A stretch of DNA of 64,000 nt. Source: a virus. Position numbers and translations under genes: made by a program. The stretch is from positions 16,257 to 80,256 of the IMG/VR virus record IMGVR_UViG_3300032116_015796; one strand, given 5' to 3'. The notes under the pieces are model-generated. The model was not told the DNA's origin and searched no databases. It saw only the letters and a program-made list of their open reading frames with translations. Numbering within the stretch: position 1 is the stretch's first letter; every line of letters begins with the position of its first letter. Positions 21,392 to 31,245 of the stretch are shown one piece after another.

Positions 21392-22861
21392 ATGTCAATT
21401 AATAATTCGTATTTCAGTAAAAATAACACTATTATATCTAATAGCTTCACAAACACAGGAAGAAATCCTGTGACTGAACTATTTTTTGGTTCATTAGCAA
21501 CTTCTCAATATCCTAATGGGTATAGCCGATTTATATTTGATTTGGATTTGACTCTTTTAAAAGAAAAAGTAACTAATGGTACAATTTCTCTTGATTGTAA
21601 TGAAAAACCAAAACACACACTTAGAATGGTTAACACCTCTTCTTTTGACCGTGAGTTATTGAATACGAGAACTTCACAAGGCAGAATGAGAGCAACATCG
21701 TTTGACCTTGTTCTTCTTAGAATTCCTTATATTAATGATGATATGGATAGACCTCAATTATGGGATGAAGGGGTTGGTTATGATTTTGCTGACTTGGTTT
21801 ATGATTATAGTGAGTTTGATAAAAACTTTTCAGATAGACCATCTAATTGGTATCAAACAACAACATTAGGTGTTTGGACAACAAATGGTATATATGACAA
21901 CACAAATTCAGGAACTGGTAATACCATTCATTATTCAGCATTAACAAAGGTTGCTGAACAACATTTTGAATTTGGTGATGAAAATATCGAGTTTGATATG
22001 ACAGGTGAAATAAACGATATTTTAAATGGAGTTTTAAATAACGTATCGGGATGGGTAATTGCTTATAAACCACAATTAGAAAACATTACAGGATTAACTG
22101 ATATATATGAAACACAATTCTTTACTCGTCATACCCAAACATTTTATGAACCTTATTTAGAGACAAACTATAATGACTTTATTGATGATGATAGAAATAA
22201 CTTTACGTTAGGTAGAGTTAATCATTTATACCTTTATCTATATGATAATGGAAATCCTGTTAATTTAGACTTCAATCCTACTGTCGACATCTTAGACAAC
22301 GGTGGCGATGTAATATTATCTAATCTCCCTACTTGTAAAAAAACAAGAGGAGTTTATGAAGTTACTGTACCAGCTCTTAATAGTTATAAGACACCATGTA
22401 CATTTTCAGATAAATGGAAAAACTTAAGTTTAAATGGATTTCCAATAAATCCAATTTTAAATGATTTCACCCTTTATCCGTTTAAAAATTCAATTCAAAT
22501 TGGAACTGAATCTCAAGAACCAAAACTTTATGGTTTTGATTATTACGGAATTAAACAAGATGAAAAAATCTTTAATACTGACATAAGAAAAGTTGGGGTT
22601 GTAATTAAACAGGCATATACTACAAATAAACTTTTACAAAAAGTAGAGGCTTTTTATAGGATATATGTTAGAGAAGGTCAGACTGAAGTACAGGTTCAAG
22701 ATTGGACAAAAATAAATAGAACACCAAATGAGTATTATTTCATTTTTGATACAAGAGATAAAATACCAAATGAGTATTATATCGATATACAAGTTAAAAG
22801 TTCTAACGAGGTTAACACCTATAAAAAACAAATAAAATTTCAAATTGTAAATTATAAATAG
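21392..22861 (+). CDS. Hypothetical virion structural protein
   Basis: Beta-rich 489-aa ORF with upstream TATTTAT, located in the tail region. Confidence 0.6.
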   Translation: MSINNSYFSKNNTIISNSFTNTGRNPVTELFFGSLATSQYPNGYSRFIFDLDLTLLKEKVTNGTISLDCNEKPKHTLRMVNTSSFDRELLNTRTSQGRMRATSFDLVLLRIPYINDDMDRPQLWDEGVGYDFADLVYDYSEFDKNFSDRPSNWYQTTTLGVWTTNGIYDNTNSGTGNTIHYSALTKVAEQHFEFGDENIEFDMTGEINDILNGVLNNVSGWVIAYKPQLENITGLTDIYETQFFTRHTQTFYEPYLETNYNDFIDDDRNNFTLGRVNHLYLYLYDNGNPVNLDFNPTVDILDNGGDVILSNLPTCKKTRGVYEVTVPALNSYKTPCTFSDKWKNLSLNGFPINPILNDFTLYPFKNSIQIGTESQEPKLYGFDYYGIKQDEKIFNTDIRKVGVVIKQAYTTNKLLQKVEAFYRIYVREGQTEVQVQDWTKINRTPNEYYFIFDTRDKIPNEYYIDIQVKSSNEVNTYKKQIKFQIVNYK

Positions 22862-22863
22862 TT

Positions 22864-24708
22864 ATGGCAGCGAATTCAATAAATTGTGTAAACTTAGATG
22901 AAAAAGATATAGATTTCAATGGTAACATTATAAATTCAGGTGAATATTGGGTTGGGATGACTGACCCATTTGACCAATTTTTCACTCAAAGAATATGTGT
23001 TGAGACAGTGTCCAATATTGATAGTCCTGGAAGTGGTTTATTTGCCACACAACAATATACAAGTTGTTATGATTGTGTAAGTAATAATAATGGTTTAATA
23101 CAATTAAACCCATGTTACCAAACTGTTTTTGAAGTTTTATTTATTAATGTAAGTGCTTTAACAGAATCACAATATTTGGAAATTTATTCAATTTCTACAG
23201 GAGACACTGGACAAGCTTTATATATAGAATTTTTAAATAACGGTACATTACAAAAAGGGTGTTTTAATAAATCTAAAATAGTAACTGTAAGTACCGCAGA
23301 ATATGTTCAAATTACTGCTCAACTACAATCTATAGGTCAACAAATTGTAAATGATTTAAATTATACTGCTCAAACCGACTGTCAAAGTTGTTTAACAGTC
23401 TCTTCGTTTATTTATGAAGTTTCCAATTGCGTGACAGTTGACGAAATTGAGTATGTTTATTTACCTTATGATTTTCCTTCAGGACATTTAATTTCATATA
23501 CTGATGGAATTAATGAATTTTGTGGTGTTGTTCGCGGTCTGACCGTTGAAAATGTTGCAACATATACTTTTGTCACTGATTACGGTCCATGTCGTTTTGA
23601 ATCTTGTTGTGATACTTGTTTAGAAAATGTAAATAAAAAAGTATTAATTGAAAATTGTGTAGATGATACAGACCAACAAGTAGTTTGGGCGTCTCTATTA
23701 TTTGGTTTGGAGTCAACTAATTTTGAGTTAGGTGGGGGTTGTTTTAAAATTATGGGAGAGACATCAGACCCTATAAGTTTTGTAGGGTACTTAGATTATG
23801 AACCTCATAGTAGTTGCGAATCTTGTCTTACTTGTAATGGAGTTATATATCAATATGCTTCTTGTGATGACCCAACAACTCCTGCTGGAGTGATTCAAAC
23901 AAATCAAATATTACCAAATGGTTTTTCTTTTATAAATCCTTTTGAAGATAAATGTTGTATTATTTTAGGTTTATCAACGGGGTCACCTATTAGACCAGAA
24001 TCTTTACCAAGTGTACAACCTTGTGTTTGTGATACTGTATTAGAATATCAAGTATTTCCTGCAACAGAATGTTTAACAGGAATACCTGTAGGAGTTTTAA
24101 CGGATATGAACGCCCAAGATGGTGACATAGTAAAAATAATGTATGGTGAGGTTGAATTTTTGTGTGTTCAACTTAATAGTACGGGTAGACTTCCTAGAGT
24201 GACATACAATTCTGAACGAGATGTTAATGGTGATACAATTATATATAATAACTGTACGGACTGTATAAGTAACAGAGAGATTGGTGTAAGAACTGTAAAT
24301 TGTGATACTCAAGAATTTAGTATTGTAAATGTTCCATATTCATCATATACAGAATTTTTATTTAATCGAGATGATAATTTCATTTTCAATTGTTTTGTTG
24401 ATGCTGAAGGTTATTGTAGAACCGTAGTTGAACCTTGTCCTCAACCACCAACAGGACGTTTATCTATCCCTGTGACAGATTATTTTAGTTGTCCTGTGTG
24501 TCGAACGTTTAATCCTGACATACCTCCAACAACAGTATCGGCAGGAACTGAATATACCGTATGTGTGATATGTGAGGACTGTTGTCAATCAGGAACAACT
24601 GCAACTGTAATAAAACCTCCTCATCCAACTTGGTCAAGACTTAACGGTGATGCCGTTGTTTTATTAGACGCGGTACAATTAGGAGGAATGTTTGGATTAA
24701 ATGCTTAA
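22864..24708 (+). CDS. Cys-rich CxxC-repeat protein A (putative fibre/decoration)
   Basis: Repeated (Y/F)xxCxxC modules; C-terminus shared with the next gene. Confidence 0.7.
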   Translation: MAANSINCVNLDEKDIDFNGNIINSGEYWVGMTDPFDQFFTQRICVETVSNIDSPGSGLFATQQYTSCYDCVSNNNGLIQLNPCYQTVFEVLFINVSALTESQYLEIYSISTGDTGQALYIEFLNNGTLQKGCFNKSKIVTVSTAEYVQITAQLQSIGQQIVNDLNYTAQTDCQSCLTVSSFIYEVSNCVTVDEIEYVYLPYDFPSGHLISYTDGINEFCGVVRGLTVENVATYTFVTDYGPCRFESCCDTCLENVNKKVLIENCVDDTDQQVVWASLLFGLESTNFELGGGCFKIMGETSDPISFVGYLDYEPHSSCESCLTCNGVIYQYASCDDPTTPAGVIQTNQILPNGFSFINPFEDKCCIILGLSTGSPIRPESLPSVQPCVCDTVLEYQVFPATECLTGIPVGVLTDMNAQDGDIVKIMYGEVEFLCVQLNSTGRLPRVTYNSERDVNGDTIIYNNCTDCISNREIGVRTVNCDTQEFSIVNVPYSSYTEFLFNRDDNFIFNCFVDAEGYCRTVVEPCPQPPTGRLSIPVTDYFSCPVCRTFNPDIPPTTVSAGTEYTVCVICEDCCQSGTTATVIKPPHPTWSRLNGDAVVLLDAVQLGGMFGLNA

Positions 24709-24735
24709 GCGAGATATTTATAAATAAAATTTAAA

Positions 24736-27507
24736 ATGGCATTTCAAAGAGTATATGTAGAACCTTGTGGTAAAGGTTTTGGTTATGATTTATTAATAGA
24801 TAATTCAGTAACTTCAATTTCGGTAGGTCAAACATATTTTATATCAGGTACTACAGGTCAACCTCCAAAACAACAACAAATAGTTGGTTGTTTTTCAGTA
24901 AAAAACATTAAAGATGTTCAATCAGGACCTGCGGATTCTTTAACATTTAGCACTCCTTATTTAGGTTGTGAGGAGTGTGAATTAGCCAACGCTAATTTTA
25001 TCCTATTAAGAACTTGTTTTGATAGTCAATATGGTCAAATAATAATTAATATAGGTGATATTACCCCTACACCGTCTATAGATGATGTCTTTTTAATGGA
25101 AGTGATTATTTTAGATGATTTTGGAGGGTCAATTAGATTAACTTCATGTTTTTCAGTATCTGGTTTTTTATCATCAAATTTTGATTTTAATCCCACAGGA
25201 GTTTTATCATATTCATCAAGAACTGACTGTCAAGATTGTTTAAATAATTCACCAATAATTCATGAGGTTTATGACTGTATAGATTCTAATGAACCATATT
25301 ATATCGCATTTCCATCAACAGGTTTTCAAGACCATTTAATTACTTTCACAGATTTATTTGGTATTACACAATATTGTGGAACAGTTAAAGGACAAGTTGG
25401 AGATGTTGCAATAACAGGTTTATTAGTGACAGATTTGGGTAAACCAGACGAGACAGGAATTAAGTGTGATGATTGTTTGGCAAATGTTGCCGAAAAGAAA
25501 AAACTACAAAACTGTATAGATTCTGATGAAATTCAAATTGTTTGGGCGTCCTCATTATTTCAACCAGATAATTCAACACATTTATCAAACGCTAATGGAT
25601 GTTATACAGTTCTTCCTGATGTTGTACCACCTGAAGAACCTATAACTGTAAATGAACTTGCAAACTTTGACCCTCAAAATAATTGTGAAGATTGTTTGGA
25701 ATGTTACGGTATAGAATTTGATTTTGTTACTTGTGAAGAAATTGAAGTATTTGAACCTGTAAATCAAATTAATACAAATGGAGCTGGTTTTAACTTTTTA
25801 TCCAGAGAAATAACTATTGACTCCTCAAATAAATTATTTGCGGTTTTTCAAAATTCAGGTAGAATTGCAAAATATAATCTAGGTACTTTGAGTTGGGAAG
25901 AAAATTCTGTACCAGTTTTGGTCAACCCTTGGGGTATTGCAATAAATGAAACCGATGGGATTATTTGTGTTTCAAATTTATCGACTAACCAAGTCACATT
26001 TTTTGACTATAATAATATTAATCTTAGTAATTCAATATCAGTTCCATTGTTTAGTGGTCAAAAAGTTTATTTTGACCCTATTGGTTCTAAATTTTATGTA
26101 GTGTTCGCAAATACTGGTGTTCCTAACATCGCTGTTTTTGGAGGGTCGAGTTACTTAGGGATGTCTTATATTATATTTGGTAGTTCATCCGCACGATATA
26201 CTGATGTTGTTAGAATTGGTACAGGAATTTATTGTTTAAACTATAGTAATCAACAACTAGAGGTTTATGATTTAAGCTATACCTTAATTAACACTTATGG
26301 TTTAACAGGAAAACCATTGTCTTTAGATGTAGATTATATTAATACTACTATTTACATTGCAACAAATGCTTCAAGGTATATCAAATTTAATTACACCACA
26401 ATTAGTTTTGTTGACGTAAATTATAGTCCGAATTGTGTGACAGATGAACAAAAAATTAAAATTGAACCATCTACTAATCTTTTGTACATCACTGACGTTA
26501 ATTGTAATCATATCTATATTTTTGATTTGACTACCGACACTTTAGTAAGGTCTGTAACAAATTTTGATAATCAATACGGTATTAATAGCATTTATGGAAT
26601 GGCGTTAGATACGTCAAATAATATATGGTTTGGTTCTAATGTTAGAATATTCCAAACTCAAACATCTAATCAATTTGTTAATGGGTCTTCAAGTACAAAT
26701 GAACTTTTAACTGTAGGTCAAACTTTCTTCAATCCTGTATTAAGCGCATGTTGTGAAGTTACAGATACAAACTCAATTACTAACGACTCATTTCTAAATA
26801 TAACAGAATATCCTAGTATACTTAATTTTAATGACTGTACAGAATGTTTAAGTACTCCTGTAGAATCTTTTGTTTGTATAGACTGTATAACAGGTAATGA
26901 GGCTATTTTAGTTGCACCAGCAGGTACTTTTATTATTGGAAATTATGTCCGTTCTCAATACGGTAACTCAGATTGGTTATGTTTTGAAATTGTTGATAAC
27001 TACACTGTAGAAAACTACGGTGATTTATTTAAATTAGAATCAAATGGTGTTGTGTATTCAAGTTGTGAAGAATGTCAATCAGGAGCGACTATAGGTATTA
27101 CATTAATCAACACTGAAACATTACAACAAGAACAATACAACATAACTTTAGATGTATGGTATCGAATTGTAGGTTTTCCTTTTTCACTACCATTATCTTG
27201 TCTTAGTGATAAAAATGGTGTTTGTTATCAGGTGATTAATGCTTGTCCTATCGATAATGTACATCCTTTATTTGAACCTGGAGATTTCTTCCTAAATCAA
27301 TCTTTATGTAGATTAAATAGTGAACGATTACCTGTATCAGCGGGTACTGAATATTTGGTTTGTCAAATATGTGAAGATTGTTGTGGTTCAGGAACAACCG
27401 CAACATTAATTGTTCCTCCTCACCCTGTATGGACAAGACCTAACGGTCAACAAGTAACATTGTTAGACGCAGTTGCTTTAGGTGGAATGTTCGGATTAAA
27501 TAATTAA
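24736..27507 (+). CDS. Cys-rich CxxC-repeat protein B with inserted beta-propeller (NHL/YVTN-like)
   Basis: Paralog of the previous gene plus a ~310-aa insert with PWGIAIN, PLSLDVD and IYGMALDTSNNIWFG blades. Confidence 0.7.
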   Translation: MAFQRVYVEPCGKGFGYDLLIDNSVTSISVGQTYFISGTTGQPPKQQQIVGCFSVKNIKDVQSGPADSLTFSTPYLGCEECELANANFILLRTCFDSQYGQIIINIGDITPTPSIDDVFLMEVIILDDFGGSIRLTSCFSVSGFLSSNFDFNPTGVLSYSSRTDCQDCLNNSPIIHEVYDCIDSNEPYYIAFPSTGFQDHLITFTDLFGITQYCGTVKGQVGDVAITGLLVTDLGKPDETGIKCDDCLANVAEKKKLQNCIDSDEIQIVWASSLFQPDNSTHLSNANGCYTVLPDVVPPEEPITVNELANFDPQNNCEDCLECYGIEFDFVTCEEIEVFEPVNQINTNGAGFNFLSREITIDSSNKLFAVFQNSGRIAKYNLGTLSWEENSVPVLVNPWGIAINETDGIICVSNLSTNQVTFFDYNNINLSNSISVPLFSGQKVYFDPIGSKFYVVFANTGVPNIAVFGGSSYLGMSYIIFGSSSARYTDVVRIGTGIYCLNYSNQQLEVYDLSYTLINTYGLTGKPLSLDVDYINTTIYIATNASRYIKFNYTTISFVDVNYSPNCVTDEQKIKIEPSTNLLYITDVNCNHIYIFDLTTDTLVRSVTNFDNQYGINSIYGMALDTSNNIWFGSNVRIFQTQTSNQFVNGSSSTNELLTVGQTFFNPVLSACCEVTDTNSITNDSFLNITEYPSILNFNDCTECLSTPVESFVCIDCITGNEAILVAPAGTFIIGNYVRSQYGNSDWLCFEIVDNYTVENYGDLFKLESNGVVYSSCEECQSGATIGITLINTETLQQEQYNITLDVWYRIVGFPFSLPLSCLSDKNGVCYQVINACPIDNVHPLFEPGDFFLNQSLCRLNSERLPVSAGTEYLVCQICEDCCGSGTTATLIVPPHPVWTRPNGQQVTLLDAVALGGMFGLNN

Positions 27508-27511
27508 TAAT

Positions 27512-28210
27512 ATGAAAAGAAAAATTAGATTAACAGAAACAGAACTTAATTCTCTAATCAAAAAAATGGTTAAAGAATCTGACTTTACAGTTGAGCCTGA
27601 AATAGGTACTCAACCAAGAGAGAAAGACGTAAAATCTATGTTTGGTCAAAAATATGGAGCTTACATCCCAATGGATGTTCTTAGATACATGAGAAAGAAC
27701 CCCGCATTAATCTTCAAAAGATTATATGATATCTATGGTGATAGTGCATATGATTACTTAGATAAAGCCAAGGGTAATGATGATTTAATGGAGTCTCATG
27801 AAGGTATGAGTAATCGATACATGTTCTTTAGTAATTTAGAACAGATGGAAAGACAATGTAATCTTTTATTAGACTTAGACCAAGACACGATAGAAGGAAT
27901 ATTAGAAGACGGTCATGATTGGGCACAAGACCATATTGCGGAAGCAAAAAATAACATGGACCAAGTATTTGATTTTATTATGAATCAAACAAATGGTGGA
28001 GATGAATATATGGACGATGAAGAAGAAATGGTAATGATGGAATCTGAGTTATCTGAAAAAAAGAAAAAAAATGTTCCTACAAATCCATCACTTTGGCAAA
28101 GTTGTTTACAATGGGCAAAACAAAGATATAAAGTTTGTCCAAGTGCTTATTGTAATGGAGCTGCCGCCAAACGATATAAATCAAAAGGTGGTAAATGGAA
28201 AAAGAAATAA
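27512..28210 (+). CDS. Putative internal head protein with a DUF5872-like C-terminus
   Basis: N-terminal RLTETELNSLIKKMVKES; C-terminal PTNPSLW...PSAY..G...YKSKGGKW. Confidence 0.6.
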   Translation: MKRKIRLTETELNSLIKKMVKESDFTVEPEIGTQPREKDVKSMFGQKYGAYIPMDVLRYMRKNPALIFKRLYDIYGDSAYDYLDKAKGNDDLMESHEGMSNRYMFFSNLEQMERQCNLLLDLDQDTIEGILEDGHDWAQDHIAEAKNNMDQVFDFIMNQTNGGDEYMDDEEEMVMMESELSEKKKKNVPTNPSLWQSCLQWAKQRYKVCPSAYCNGAAAKRYKSKGGKWKKK

Positions 28211-28234
28211 GTGGTTTTTATACCACTTTTTTTA

Positions 28235-28379
28235 TCTTTATAGGATTGACAGAAATAAGGGATACACAAAAGATAATGTTGTATTATGTTGTTATTCTGC
28301 TAATATAGGACGAAATGAGAATGATGAAGATACTTGGAAAAAATTTTTAAGTATTTTACAAATCAGTTTGAATAACTAA
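28235..28379 (+). pseudogene. C-terminal remnant of an HNH homing endonuclease
   Basis: RIDRNKGYTKDNVVLCCYSAN matches the DRIDxxKGYxxxNV HNH motif; it has no start of its own and lies behind a terminator-like hairpin. Confidence 0.6.
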
Positions 28380-28398
28380 ATTAATGTTCCTATATTTG
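28367..28398 (+). promoter_or_regulatory. Bacteroidota sigma-A-type promoter
   Basis: TTTG-N20-TATATTTG. Confidence 0.65.
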
Positions 28399-28419
28399 TG
28401 GTATTGTAAATTTAAAGAT

Positions 28420-28863
28420 ATGTTTAGAGGATTGAAAAGGTTGACAAAAAGATTTTATGTGAAATGGAAATTAAAGTCAAGGTATAAGTGGTTACAGGAA
28501 GAGAGAAAGAATACTGAGGCAGAATCCGTTTGTCTATCAATTTGTAGAAGTTTAATTTCCCACCCTACTTCTAAATTTCTGATAGCACCAATCTCGATGA
28601 AGAGATATATAAAAAATGAACAATTAGGTTTGTTTATTATATTAGAAGATAGAAACATCAGCGTAACTAACCACGTTTACCATTATGATGTGAAACTATC
28701 GGAAAGAGATTGGGATAGAATTTGTACTATGTACGATTCAAAAACTGAAAAAATAAGAGAGGAATATGAATCTGAAATCATGCGTCAGATTCAACACTCT
28801 CTAAGAAATATAAAAGATAAGATTGAAAAATTAAATCAAACTTCTCAAGACATTTCTAACTAA
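28420..28863 (+). CDS. Hypothetical protein
   Basis: Start at MFRGLKR lies downstream of the promoter; the track start at 28384 overlaps the promoter. Confidence 0.7.
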   Translation: MFRGLKRLTKRFYVKWKLKSRYKWLQEERKNTEAESVCLSICRSLISHPTSKFLIAPISMKRYIKNEQLGLFIILEDRNISVTNHVYHYDVKLSERDWDRICTMYDSKTEKIREEYESEIMRQIQHSLRNIKDKIEKLNQTSQDISN

Positions 28864-29556
28864 TCTTTCAACAGATTCGTTTTGTTTTTTTCTTGGTTTG
28901 TAACTCACCATTTTAGGTTTGTTACCTGTACCACCTTTAGGATTTGTTTTTTCCGCTCTTCTTTTTTGAGCACAAGCGGCTTTTTTCTGTGAGTCAGTCA
29001 TCTTTGATGCAACACCTGCCGCTCTACATTTAGGATATCCTTTATCAGTTGCTTCAGGTCTACCACATGGAGGATGTCCTCCGCCTTCTTTTTTTCTACA
29101 AATATTAACCCAAGGACCTTTAGGTTGTTTACTACCTTTAGGTTTCTTTTTTGTACCAAACCAAACCGCCAAATCTTCGTTTAATAAATCGTCAGTAATT
29201 TCAATCCATTCACTAACATTTTTTTTGTTATTAACTTTTTGTTTAACTACCTTAAATTTATCCGCAAATTCGTCTTCACCTTCTTCTCTATTTTGAATTT
29301 TAAAATCTTGATTACTTAGTTTTTTAGAAATCTTTTCTTTACCCCCAATATTTTTATTGTTTTTACTCATTATTCCGTCTAAAGAATCGTAATTATTTTT
29401 TGCGTTAACATAATCTGAAATTTGTTGATTAAATGGGTCTAAACTATTTTTTAACCATTTTCTAAATCCAGGTCTAAAAGGAGGATTATATGAACCTCTT
29501 GCACCTGTTTCACTTGTGGCTTCTTTAAGAACTTTTTTAATGGTATCTCTTAACAT
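28831..29556 (-). CDS. Basic putative internal head protein
   Basis: EDLAVWF..PWVNIC..HPPCGR..YPKC; IKKVLKE-type helices at both ends. Confidence 0.65.
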   Translation of the reverse strand: MLRDTIKKVLKEATSETGARGSYNPPFRPGFRKWLKNSLDPFNQQISDYVNAKNNYDSLDGIMSKNNKNIGGKEKISKKLSNQDFKIQNREEGEDEFADKFKVVKQKVNNKKNVSEWIEITDDLLNEDLAVWFGTKKKPKGSKQPKGPWVNICRKKEGGGHPPCGRPEATDKGYPKCRAAGVASKMTDSQKKAACAQKRRAEKTNPKGGTGNKPKMVSYKPRKKQNESVERLVRNVLRSLI

Positions 29557-29603
29557 TTCAAATTATTTTCCTTATTATTATAAATATCACATAGAAACAA
29601 AAA

Positions 29604-29816
29604 ATGGAAGAAGAACTATTCGGTAAATTATTTAATACAGTTCCACTTGTAGATGAAAATCATTTAGATACGATTTTAAGTACAATGGACAAACCACACG
29701 CAACTTATATACTCGTACAAGCAGTTAAACACGCATATCACTCAGGAGTATACTCATTGGGTGAATCCGAAGTAATCTCAAAGTGTATTAGAGTCTTAGG
29801 AAAAGAAGAGTCATAA
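29604..29816 (+). CDS. Hypothetical protein
   Basis: 70-aa ORF between a divergent start and a terminator. Confidence 0.7.
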   Translation: MEEELFGKLFNTVPLVDENHLDTILSTMDKPHATYILVQAVKHAYHSGVYSLGESEVISKCIRVLGKEES

Positions 29817-29848
29817 AAAAAGGTCAGTTTTATAACTGACCTTTTTTA
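29815..29848. terminator. Bidirectional intrinsic terminator
   Basis: A-run-GGTCAGTT-loop-AACTGACC-T-run between convergent genes. Confidence 0.85.
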
Positions 29849-29867
29849 TTGTGATTTAATTTTTTTA

Positions 29868-30206
29868 TTAGAAGTCCGCACCTTCTCCCGCAGTTGTGTC
29901 TTTACCATCTTTACCTGTAGTTGGTTGAGTTCCTAAAGATGCTCCAGTCGGAAGTTGTTCCGCTGGTTTAGTTGGTAACTTACCAACTTCGCCTCCTTGT
30001 GTTGCAGTTTTACCTTTTAATGCGTTTTCGATTGCAGCAATTGTTTTAGAACCTAATTTACCATCAACAGTTAATCCCGCTTTAAAAGTATCATTTAATA
30101 ATTGTTGTAACTCAGTTGCGGTCGCTTCGTTGATTCTTCCTTTGGAAGGTGAATACATATTAATGATTCTATTTTTTTCTGATTCTGAAATTGTCATTCT
30201 TTTCAT
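29868..30206 (-). CDS. Small peptidoglycan-binding-domain protein
   Basis: True start MKRMTISESEK at 30206; ELQQLLN..LTVDGKLGSKT is PG_binding_1-like. Confidence 0.75.
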   Translation of the reverse strand: MKRMTISESEKNRIINMYSPSKGRINEATATELQQLLNDTFKAGLTVDGKLGSKTIAAIENALKGKTATQGGEVGKLPTKPAEQLPTGASLGTQPTTGKDGKDTTAGEGADF

Positions 30207-30228
30207 TGTCGTATATTTTTTTATTTTG

Positions 30229-31131
30229 TTATGCTTCACCTCCAACAACGTTTGTAGATGTTGCAGGACCTGTTGGTGTAGATTTAAGTTTATTATAAAT
30301 CGCGTCAATCGTTGCTTGGTCCATCGTACCTGATTCCGTAACTCCAACTTGTTTTTGAACTGATTTAATTCTTGGTGCTAATGATGTTCCTGTTCCACCT
30401 CCTGATTGCATTTTAGAACCTGGTTTAGGACATTTCCATCCTGAGTTTTTATATCCCTCAACATCATTACCCCAACCACATTTTTGTGCGTTTGTAGCAA
30501 CATCACCACCTTTTGTTGATTGGTCAGGATTTGTTTGTTGTTGTTGAGCTTGTTTAATAATTTGTTGTGTTCTTCTGTATGATTTAATCATAGGTTGATA
30601 AACATATTTATTCCATTCAGAATCATCATCAATATCACCATCTAAATCATTAAATAGTGTATATCCTGGGTGGTTCTCAGCATATCTTTTAACAACCGCA
30701 CATAAATCAGGAATTGTTTGTAGTGAACCAAAAGCTTTACCGATTGCTGCCTCATCAGTTCCTAAACCTTCCATTGCGTTCCATAATTGGTCAACAACTC
30801 CGTCAATTGCGGAGTCATCCATTGTTGTTTCACCAACACCTTTAGCATTACAACCCTGTGTAATTTTTTGTGCCGCGTCTTTTGACCCAGGACCACTAAA
30901 CGCTTGATAAATAAGGTTAGCTGCTCCACCTATGATAGCTCCAGGAATAGCACCGACACCCGCGAAAGCCGCTCCACCTGCCGCTCCCGCCGCAGTTGCA
31001 GTTCCAACTTTACCCCAATCAATTTCATCCAATTCTTCAGATTCTTTTAAATATTGTTTTCTTGTTGCATATTCGTGCATTCCAAGAATTCTTTCTCTTT
31101 CAGATTCATTTATAGAAAATAAGTTCTTCAT
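30229..31131 (-). CDS. Glycine-zipper + annexin-like repeat + PG-binding protein
   Basis: GAAGGAAFAGVGAIPGAIIGG; LWNAMEGLGTDEAAI; C-terminal IKSVQKQVGVTESGTMDQAT. Confidence 0.7.
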   Translation of the reverse strand: MKNLFSINESERERILGMHEYATRKQYLKESEELDEIDWGKVGTATAAGAAGGAAFAGVGAIPGAIIGGAANLIYQAFSGPGSKDAAQKITQGCNAKGVGETTMDDSAIDGVVDQLWNAMEGLGTDEAAIGKAFGSLQTIPDLCAVVKRYAENHPGYTLFNDLDGDIDDDSEWNKYVYQPMIKSYRRTQQIIKQAQQQQTNPDQSTKGGDVATNAQKCGWGNDVEGYKNSGWKCPKPGSKMQSGGGTGTSLAPRIKSVQKQVGVTESGTMDQATIDAIYNKLKSTPTGPATSTNVVGGEA

Positions 31132-31245
31132 AACATTTTTGTTTATTAATAAATATCGTAATCAATAAAAAAAGTACAAATAAACTTTTCTTAATTTAAT
31201 TTGTTTGTATATGAATTATATTTATTTATAAAGTTGTTTTGAAAT

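Noticed and set aside
24535-27507. Shared 3' ends of the Cys-rich genes as a DGR template/variable repeat
   Set aside because: Differences are mostly synonymous and not adenine-specific; no reverse transcriptase in the window
30207-30347. N-terminal extension of ORF 29868..30347
   Set aside because: Overlaps the upstream gene out of frame; the internal ATG at 30206 gives an N-terminus resembling its neighbour's
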